Positions 57,314 to 64,000 of a DNA stretch of 64,000 bases are shown in pieces. The notes beneath the pieces are model-generated. The model had not been told where the DNA came from. It saw nothing but the letters and a program-made list of their open reading frames with translations, and ran no database searches. This DNA comes from Patescibacteria group bacterium. GTDB lineage: Bacteria > Patescibacteriota > Minisyncoccia > Phycocordibacterales > UBA1550. Location of the stretch: NCBI GenBank assembly GCA_038057125.1, contig JBBUDU010000002.1:687-64686 (forward strand), in the 5' to 3' direction. The position numbers were made by a program, and so were the translations under genes. How positions within the stretch are numbered: the stretch's first letter is position 1; every line of letters begins with the position of its first letter.

Positions 57314-57622
57314 CTACTTTAGCTCGCTTCCGCTCTTCTTGGTTATACGAACATTCTTGCCTTCAATCTTTTTTGAGCCAACACGCGTACGACTGCCTGT
57401 CTTTGGGTCAACAATCATTACGTTTGATGCATTGATTGGCATTGCCTTCTCAATAATCTGACCTGACTTTCCTTTCTCGCGAGACTTCTCGTGCAATTTT
57501 GAAATATTTGCGCCCTCCACAACCACGCGATTGACAGAAGTAAGAACTTCAAGGATTTTACCTTTCTTTCCTTTGTCCTTTCCTGTAATCACAATCACAT
57601 TGTCTCCTTTTTTGAGTTTCAT
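57314..57622 (-). CDS. rplX: 50S ribosomal protein L24
   Basis: KKGDNVIVITGKDKGKKG. Confidence 0.97.
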   Translation of the reverse strand: MKLKKGDNVIVITGKDKGKKGKILEVLTSVNRVVVEGANISKLHEKSREKGKSGQIIEKAMPINASNVMIVDPKTGSRTRVGSKKIEGKNVRITKKSGSELK

Positions 57623-57648
57623 GGTGGTAGTAGGGTAAATAATATTAA

Positions 57649-58020
57649 TTAAAGCACTTCTGGCGCGAGCGAGCCGATTTTGTTGTAGCCGATCTCGGTA
57701 ATTTCGCGCGGGATTGGTCCGAATATGCGACTTGCTTTCGCCTCTTTCTTTTCCTTGTCGACAATAATAACCGCATTATCGTCGAAACGAATATATGATC
57801 CGTCTTTACGACGATATGCGTTGCGCGTACGGACAACGAGGCCTGTGAGAACATCCTTCTTTTTCACCGACTTGCGCGACTCCGCAACCTGCACCGAAAG
57901 AACCACCAAATCGCCAATCATTGCATAGCGTTTCTTTGAACTGCCGAGCACTTTGAAGATGCGTCCGATCTTGCCTCCGGAATTGTCAGTTATTTTTACT
58001 ATTGTTCGTGGTTGAATCAT
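57649..58020 (-). CDS. rplN: 50S ribosomal protein L14
   Basis: DNSG, IRFDDNAVII, RIFGP, SLAPEVL. Confidence 0.97.
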   Translation of the reverse strand: MIQPRTIVKITDNSGGKIGRIFKVLGSSKKRYAMIGDLVVLSVQVAESRKSVKKKDVLTGLVVRTRNAYRRKDGSYIRFDDNAVIIVDKEKKEAKASRIFGPIPREITEIGYNKIGSLAPEVL

Positions 58021-58023
58021 AAA

Positions 58024-58317
58024 TTAGATATTAGCCGACTGCGATGAAGATTTTCCAACGACTTTGAAAGACTTGTCCTTTGAAATTGGGCGACACTCCT
58101 CAATGGTGACTTCGTCCCCCATTTTGTATTTCCCTTCCTCGTCGTGGGCTTTGTACTTTTTCGAAACCTTCATAAACTTTCCGTATTTTGGATGCTTCAC
58201 GAAACGATTTACGAGAACCGTTACCGTTTTCATCATCTTGTCCGACACGACAGTCCCCTGAAGTCTCCTTCTGGTTATGTTGCTTGTCGTATTCTTTGTT
58301 TTGTTATTTGTTTCCAT
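58024..58317 (-). CDS. rpsQ: 30S ribosomal protein S17
   Basis: [21 protein letters not shown]. Confidence 0.97.
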   Translation of the reverse strand: METNNKTKNTTSNITRRRLQGTVVSDKMMKTVTVLVNRFVKHPKYGKFMKVSKKYKAHDEEGKYKMGDEVTIEECRPISKDKSFKVVGKSSSQSANI

Positions 58318-58325
58318 ATTCGTAT

Positions 58326-58535
58326 TTATGCTGTTACCGAATTAGCTCCAACGGCAGTCTTGCGCAAATTCTCTTCAGTGAGAGCGCGGGCAACTTCTTT
58401 GCGCGCGAGCGCTGACGATTTCACATTCTTTTTTGCAGAGCCTGCGATATCAAAACGAAACGCGCGAACAACCTCCCTTTTTTCATTTAGGAATTTGATT
58501 AGGTCGTCTCCGCTTTTTTGTTTGATTTCTTTCAT
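58326..58535 (-). CDS. rpmC: 50S ribosomal protein L29
   Basis: RKEVARALT; between rplP and rpsQ. Confidence 0.9.
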   Translation of the reverse strand: MKEIKQKSGDDLIKFLNEKREVVRAFRFDIAGSAKKNVKSSALARKEVARALTEENLRKTAVGANSVTA

Positions 58536-58557
58536 ATAAATATATTTATGTTGGAGG

Positions 58558-58989
58558 CTATGCAGTTTCTACGCGACGCACGATGCGTGTCTTGAGCGGA
58601 AGCTTTGCTCCTGCCTTGCGGAGCGCCTTTATCGCAAGCGCTTCATCAATACCGTCTACTTCAAAAAGCATGCGACCAGGGCGAACCTCAAACACGTATC
58701 CTTGAAGATCCCCTTTACCCTTACCCATGGCTACCTGTGTTCCCTTTTGCGTATATGGGCGGTCCGGGAAAATACGAATCCACATCTTTCCGACTTTAGT
58801 AATAGTGCGAACAATAACTTTGCGCGATGCTTCAATTTGGTTTGACTTCACACGCGCCGATGTCTCGGCCTTGAGACCGAAAGAACCAAACGCAAGCGTG
58901 ATGCCACGGGTTTCAGGCGAAGCCAAACGAGCCTTGCTCTTGCGGCCGTTTTGCCATTTTCGGAATTTTACTTTCTTTGGGAATAACAT
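58558..58989 (-). CDS. rplP: 50S ribosomal protein L16
   Basis: WIRIFPD, MGKGKG, KLP. Confidence 0.97.
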   Translation of the reverse strand: MLFPKKVKFRKWQNGRKSKARLASPETRGITLAFGSFGLKAETSARVKSNQIEASRKVIVRTITKVGKMWIRIFPDRPYTQKGTQVAMGKGKGDLQGYVFEVRPGRMLFEVDGIDEALAIKALRKAGAKLPLKTRIVRRVETA

Positions 58990-59008
58990 GATAGTGTATT
59001 AAAAATTT

Positions 59009-59719
59009 TTATCCACGAATCTGGTGACTCGCTTGCGCTTCAGGCACAACAAGCTTCTTCTTGCTGTCTTGAAAAATCTGACCCTTGTAAACCCAAACCT
59101 TGACGCCTATTGCCCCATAAGGAAGACGAGCGGTGTTCCTTGCATAGTCGATATCAGCGCGAAATGTCTGAAGCGGAATACCTCCGCGACGAATCTGCTC
59201 GTAGCGTGCCATTTCAGCTCCACCAAGGCGACCTGAGATAGCAATGCGAGCACCCAAAACATCGCGGTTCGCCATTACCTTTTCGATCATCTGCTTCAAA
59301 ATCATTCGGAAAGGGAGGCGCTTTTCAAGCCCCTCACAAACCATTTCCGAAACAACAGTGGCATTGCCCTCCGGTGAACGAACTTCCTCGATGTCCAGCT
59401 TGAAATCTTTTGGAATATCGAGCTTGAGGCGGAATGCTTCTTTCAAAATATCATTCTTGAGCTTTACTGACCCCTCTCCTGCGCGACCAATAACCATACC
59501 GGGGCGCGCTGTCTTTATGAGGATGCGAAATGTCTTTGCATTGCGTTCTATTTCAGTACCGGCAATATAGCTTCCGCGAAGACGCTTGTCGAGGAATTTG
59601 CGAATAAGGATATCCCCTTTGAGGAATTTCTTGTACTCATCTTTTGCGCCAAACCAGCGTGACTTCCAGTCACGGATTATTCCCAAACGATGCGCATATG
59701 GATGTACGATGTGTGTCAT
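59009..59719 (-). CDS. rpsC: 30S ribosomal protein S3
   Basis: HPYAHRLG, GRLGGAEMAR, PLQTFRADIDY. Confidence 0.97.
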   Translation of the reverse strand: MTHIVHPYAHRLGIIRDWKSRWFGAKDEYKKFLKGDILIRKFLDKRLRGSYIAGTEIERNAKTFRILIKTARPGMVIGRAGEGSVKLKNDILKEAFRLKLDIPKDFKLDIEEVRSPEGNATVVSEMVCEGLEKRLPFRMILKQMIEKVMANRDVLGARIAISGRLGGAEMARYEQIRRGGIPLQTFRADIDYARNTARLPYGAIGVKVWVYKGQIFQDSKKKLVVPEAQASHQIRG

Positions 59720-59720
59720 G

Positions 59721-60170
59721 TTATTTTGTCTTTTTTGCTGATTTCGGTTTTGCGGCTGCCTTTACTTTCGCAAACGCTACTTTTTTCGAAATTGGCTTTG
59801 CGGTAATTTCAACTTTTGACTTTTCGCCTTTCACTTCAGCGTCCACCTTTGCAATAAGCTCAATCATAATATGGCTCGTGTGCTTGTGAATAGGGTGCGC
59901 TGTGCCATGGGCCTTTGGCATTGAGCGCTTGAGAATCGGACCCTGATCAACGCGAATTTCTTTTACAAAAAGATCGGCAAGAGAAATTCCGTTATTTTCT
60001 TTTGCATTTGCGACAGCCGACATTAAAAGTTTCTTCATTGGACCGGATGCGCGTTTTGGGAGAACATCAAGCTCAACTAAAGCACGTGGAACGGTTTTCC
60101 CTTTGATTAGATTTGCCACAAGGCGAACCTTGCGTGGCGCTTGACGATAACTTTTTAGAAAGGCTTTCAT
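59721..60170 (-). CDS. rplV: 50S ribosomal protein L22
   Basis: PRKVRLVANLIKG, SAVANA, TSHI. Confidence 0.96.
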   Translation of the reverse strand: MKAFLKSYRQAPRKVRLVANLIKGKTVPRALVELDVLPKRASGPMKKLLMSAVANAKENNGISLADLFVKEIRVDQGPILKRSMPKAHGTAHPIHKHTSHIMIELIAKVDAEVKGEKSKVEITAKPISKKVAFAKVKAAAKPKSAKKTK

Positions 60171-60183
60171 GTTTATTTCTTAA

Positions 60184-60525
60184 CTATTTTTTAGCTGGAA
60201 CTTCAGATTTTGCGGCGGCTGCAGCGGCAATTTCGCCTTCTTTCTTCTTCTGTTCAAGCTCCTTCTGCATCTTGCCTCCGTGTCGCGTAAATTTCTTTGT
60301 AGGAGAAAACTCTCCGAGTCTGTGTCCAACCATATCTTCAGTCACTCGGACTTCAACATGAACTTTGCCATTGTACACGCCGAAAAGAAATCCGACCATT
60401 TCAGGGGAAATCTGGCTCGCGCGCGCCCAAGTTTTTATCATTTCGGCTGTTTGCGCGCTTTTACCCACCAATTTCTCCAAAAGTCTCGGATCAATATGTG
60501 GGCCTTTTTTGAGTGATCGTGTCAT
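60184..60525 (-). CDS. rpsS: 30S ribosomal protein S19
   Basis: MTRSLKKGP, MVGHRLGEFSPT. Confidence 0.97.
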   Translation of the reverse strand: MTRSLKKGPHIDPRLLEKLVGKSAQTAEMIKTWARASQISPEMVGFLFGVYNGKVHVEVRVTEDMVGHRLGEFSPTKKFTRHGGKMQKELEQKKKEGEIAAAAAAKSEVPAKK

Positions 60526-60596
60526 AGTAAATTAAAACGAGCTCGGATGAACTTCGATATGCATCTTATCAGATTGTATAGGAATGTCAAATTTAT

Positions 60597-60648
60597 GTAT
60601 AACCCCACCCACTTTTGCACTCATTTGCAAAAGTGGGTGGGGTTATAC
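60597..60648. repeat. Hairpin with ACCCC/GGGGT ends in a divergent promoter region
   Basis: GTATAACCCCACCCACTTTTGCA-6 nt-TGCAAAAGTGGGTGGGGTTATAC. Confidence 0.7.
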
Positions 60649-60728
60649 ACTTCCTTGCGCAATGCGAATGAGTGTGATATGGTTGGTTTTGGGAATGTTC
60701 CCGTGCCTACTTATTGAAAGGAATTACC

Positions 60729-61301
60729 ATGAAAACGCAAGTAGCTTCAGCTGTATCGACAGCAGGCTGCCTGATCGCTGGACTCACTGGCGTTCAGGCA
60801 ATTGATCAACTTGACCTCGGTCCGATCAAGGTCAAACTCATGCGCGAGGATGGTGAAAACTGGTCTCTCGAGCAAGTAAATATGGCCGAGAAGTGGTACA
60901 AACGGTTCTTGTTTCTGAACCTTATGCATCCATCATTGTCGATTGTGCCTACCAAGGTGATTGATACATTTTGGCACTACCACATTCTTGACACAATGAA
61001 GTACGCCAAGGATTGCCAAAACGTATTTGGCTACTTCCTGCATCACTTCCCGTATTTTGGCATGCGCGGTGATGAAGATGCCAAAAATCTCGATGATGCA
61101 TTCGCGAATACAAAAGACCTCTTTCATCGCGAATTTGGTGAACCCATCAGCGAACTCAGGAAAGTTTTTGCATTCGCCGAGAGCGAAGTATCTGCAGACT
61201 GCGAAGGTACAGAGTGTGGTGGTACGGCATGCGGAAGTTCCAACTGCGACGGCAAGATTAGCGGTATAGATTTCCATACAAGGCCGGTTTTCCTTCAGTA
61301 A
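60729..61301 (+). CDS. Glycine-rich-domain (GRDP/DUF1399-like) protein with Cys-rich tail
   Basis: YKRFLFL, VPTKVIDTFWHYHILDT..Y, FLHHFP; tail DCEGTECGGTACGSSNCDG. Confidence 0.8.
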   Translation: MKTQVASAVSTAGCLIAGLTGVQAIDQLDLGPIKVKLMREDGENWSLEQVNMAEKWYKRFLFLNLMHPSLSIVPTKVIDTFWHYHILDTMKYAKDCQNVFGYFLHHFPYFGMRGDEDAKNLDDAFANTKDLFHREFGEPISELRKVFAFAESEVSADCEGTECGGTACGSSNCDGKISGIDFHTRPVFLQ

Positions 61302-61362
61302 CCGTTTTTACGGTAACCACTATTTCTTTTAGGTAAGGAATAGTGGTTTATTTTTTTATAAT

Positions 61363-62280
61363 TTACGCGCCATGAAGTTTTGTATCAGGGAGTGTATCGT
61401 CGTTTTTTAAAAACCGATCAAACCAAGAGATTGTCATTTTTGTAGATTCATCTTTGTGTTCCGTTAATGAGTGGTCTGCCCCCTCAAAAATTACTAGGCG
61501 GTGTGGGATATGAAGTGCTAGAAGTTTTTGAGAAAGCTCTATGGAATCGAGAGGACTCACGCGCCAATCAGATCCGCCGTGCATAATGAGAAGAGGTGCT
61601 TTTTTGTAAAATAGGTGTGACCAAAAGATAGCTGATCTTTTCTTTTTTTCCACTAGATTTCCGCCAAACATTTTTTTGAAGTGTTCTTTCATCTCGGGTC
61701 TGAGTTTTTCCTGACGAATTAAGTTGGTCATACCACCCACTGTTACCGCAGCTTTTATCCATTTTACTTTTGCTAGAGCAAGGTAGGTCATAGAGCCACC
61801 ACGGCTTGGTCCGTACATACCGATTTTGTTAGGGTTTGCTCTGCTATATTTTTTTAATATTTTTTGTAGAACGAGAACATCCTCAATGTCTGATCCACCC
61901 ATCTCATCCTTTCCTTCACTTCCCGCGTTACCTGAATACTGAGAGGCTATAACAATATAGTTATTCAGTGCCAATTCTGCTGGTAGCCTTGTAAATAGAG
62001 TTCCAACTTTAATTGCTCCAAATTCACCCGACCCTCCTCTATTATAAATGACACATGGGAAATTGTTCCCATTTTGCGGTTCAATTATAAAACCAGCAAC
62101 TTTATGCCCCTGTGAACGATATACAATCCTGTATACAAAAATACTCTCAGCGTTATTTTTTGCTATTTTTGCAGTAATAGGACCAACAATGCCCCCAAGC
62201 TCTTTTGTAAAAAGAATTCGTCTTACTTCTATGATTCCTGGGGTCTTGCGGATGAGCTCAGAGTTGTCTTTGTTTTGCAT
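61363..62280 (-). CDS. S9 family serine peptidase (alpha/beta hydrolase)
   Basis: YNRGG, GPSRGG nucleophile, HGGSDWRV, GADH. Confidence 0.9.
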   Translation of the reverse strand: MQNKDNSELIRKTPGIIEVRRILFTKELGGIVGPITAKIAKNNAESIFVYRIVYRSQGHKVAGFIIEPQNGNNFPCVIYNRGGSGEFGAIKVGTLFTRLPAELALNNYIVIASQYSGNAGSEGKDEMGGSDIEDVLVLQKILKKYSRANPNKIGMYGPSRGGSMTYLALAKVKWIKAAVTVGGMTNLIRQEKLRPEMKEHFKKMFGGNLVEKKKRSAIFWSHLFYKKAPLLIMHGGSDWRVSPLDSIELSQKLLALHIPHRLVIFEGADHSLTEHKDESTKMTISWFDRFLKNDDTLPDTKLHGA

Positions 62281-62481
62281 TTCCAACATTATACTATATA
62301 TTTCAAAAATTCATCTATTTTTCTTTGAACAATGGGAACATTTGGGACACAGAGAACGAATGGAACAAAACAGCTATTGCTGTGGTTTTAAAACAGGATT
62401 CCCGTGATGCTTTGTCCACTGTATGCCGTCTGAGGATGTCGCATATCTTAAATTGACCCTACTGCGTTCCAAGTCTTATAC

Positions 62482-63435
62482 TTAAAACTGCCAGAATCGA
62501 GTCCTTGGTCGGCAGTCCGCAAGACATGAGGAGCTTGTTTCTTCACCCGCAGTACATACACCATCTCCACAAACAGGGTTCCCCGGAGTAGCTGTACATG
62601 TCGTTAAAACAGGACCGCACGCTTGTGTTATAGGAGAAGCAGGGACAGAGCCATCTGAACATGCTCCTGTTTCTACGCCAATAACATTACGAGGTGATGG
62701 ATTACCAATACACGATGTGACACAAGGACCCCAAAAGAAAGTTGGATTTGTTTGTGTGCATGACAAACCGGAAACAATTGGGGGATTTGGAATAGGAACT
62801 CCGCCAACAGTCGGCGCGAAATCAACCCAGCCGACAACACCAATTCCCGGCACAGCGTCTGACCCACCCCATGCAAAACCGGAAAATATTCCTGTAGCGG
62901 TGTTAATAGCTACTCCGTTTGTCCATGTGCCGGAAAGTTTAATCCATCCGTCCCATCCACCTGCCGCATCCCCTGCGCCTGAACCCGTGCAATTACCAGA
63001 ACCATCTACGAGATTATTTTGGCAAGCTGATAAAGCGCGCGCCCAGCCTGTCACGATACCAGTAGACCAGTCCACTTCTGCAATTGACCCTCCTCCGCCA
63101 TTAAATGGTGCCGACGGAGGATTGCCAGTCGCGATACGGTCAAAACTAATCCACCCGATATTTTCGTTCCATGCATTTCCAGAAAAGACACCTATGCCTG
63201 ACATCGGACTTATATTCACTCCATACGATACTGCAGAGCCGTCAGTTGTGTTGTTTAAACTTATCCAGCCAATGTTTTCGCTCCATGCATAGCCGGAAAC
63301 ATTGTCACTGACTCCAGCTTCAGCTTTTTGTACAGACACCGAACTTGGATTTGCAAGATATACCATGTATCCAATACCGGTAATAATTACAACGGCAAGC
63401 ACATTCCGCAACGAATGCATTGATAGTGTTCTCAT
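62482..63435 (-). CDS. CPR-type secreted repeat protein with Cys-rich C-terminus
   Basis: TM; SGYAWSENIGWIS/SGNAWNENIGWIS/GWDGWIKL repeats; CGDGVC..ETSSSC. Confidence 0.85.
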   Translation of the reverse strand: MRTLSMHSLRNVLAVVIITGIGYMVYLANPSSVSVQKAEAGVSDNVSGYAWSENIGWISLNNTTDGSAVSYGVNISPMSGIGVFSGNAWNENIGWISFDRIATGNPPSAPFNGGGGSIAEVDWSTGIVTGWARALSACQNNLVDGSGNCTGSGAGDAAGGWDGWIKLSGTWTNGVAINTATGIFSGFAWGGSDAVPGIGVVGWVDFAPTVGGVPIPNPPIVSGLSCTQTNPTFFWGPCVTSCIGNPSPRNVIGVETGACSDGSVPASPITQACGPVLTTCTATPGNPVCGDGVCTAGEETSSSCLADCRPRTRFWQF

Positions 63436-63486
63436 AAAGAATAGTATACCACTTGAAAACAAAACAAGCGACAAAAGGTGGGGATA

Positions 63487-63554
63487 ACAAAAGAAAATAA
63501 AAAGCTCCGGCCTTTTTGATTCCAAAAAGGCCGGAGCTTTTTATTTTCTTTTGT
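63487..63554. terminator. Long hairpin (32-bp arms) ending rplB transcription
   Basis: ACAAAAGAAAATAAAAAGCTCCGGCCTTTTTG-attc-reverse complement, 5 nt after the rplB stop. Confidence 0.8.
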
Positions 63555-63559
63555 AGGCT

Positions 63560-64000
63560 TTATTTTACCTGTTTCGCTTTGCGTCTTGAAACGATAAGTT
63601 TGTTTGAGTATTTCTTTGGGGAACGAGTCTTGCGTCCTCCGGTAACCTTGCCGTATGAGGTCTTTGGACGTTTTGTGCCGCGTCCTTGGCGTCCTTCTCC
63701 TCCGCCGTATGGGTGATCCACAGGGTTCATGGCTGTACCGCGAACCGTTGGGCGAATACCGAGCCAACGATTACGCCCAGCCTTACCGATATTACGATGC
63801 TTGTATTCCTCGTTGGAAACAGCGCCGATTGATGCCCATACATTTTCAGAAACCGCTCGAATCTCGCCTGATGGCATTTTCAAATGGCTCTGCCCTCTGT
63901 CGTTTGCCACTACTTCAGCGTAGTTTCCTGCTGAACGAGCAATACGCGCACCGCCGTTTGGCTGAAGCTCGATGTTAAATACAAATGTGCCAACAGGAAC
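63560..64000 (-). CDS. rplB: 50S ribosomal protein L2 (3' part; runs off the window)
   Basis: IGKAGRNRWLGIRPTVRGTAMNPVDHPYGGGEG. Confidence 0.97.
   Translation of the reverse strand, partial: VPVGTFVFNIELQPNGGARIARSAGNYAEVVANDRGQSHLKMPSGEIRAVSENVWASIGAVSNEEYKHRNIGKAGRNRWLGIRPTVRGTAMNPVDHPYGGGEGRQGRGTKRPKTSYGKVTGGRKTRSPKKYSNKLIVSRRKAKQVK

Overview
Chromosomal segment of a Patescibacteria/CPR bacterium, most likely Parcubacteria. This is inferred from the CPR-type type IV pilus locus, the absence of rpmD (L30), CPR-typical secreted proteins, the PaaX/Cas2-like gene and use of code 11. Contents, left to right: tRNA-Met; gatA-gatC-ligA fused to a type IV pilus/competence cluster (minor pilins, pilD, two pilins, pilC, pilT, receiver protein, pilB, pilP/O/N/M-like, divergent comF); tRNA-Ser; pgsA-like gene; M3 peptidase; recG; tRNA-Ile(UAU); VanY-like peptidase; ftsH; smpB and tmRNA; infC-rpmI-rplT; beta-CASP RNase; ndk; a TraD/VirD4-like ATPase; a variable island with three Cys-rich secreted paralogs; and the map-adk-secY-spc-S10 ribosomal cluster, interrupted twice by accessory genes. 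The most unusual signal is non-coding: several families of short fold-back elements. They (i) sit in the TTC of inverted T-arm copies behind tRNA-Ser and tmRNA, (ii) form a tRNA-inside-a-tRNA at the Ile(UAU) locus, (iii) lie in frame in cleavable leader peptides, and (iv) bracket an orphan PaaX/Cas2-like gene with identical palindromes. No CRISPR array, transposase or integrase is visible. All product calls come from motif recognition by eye; no database search was run.
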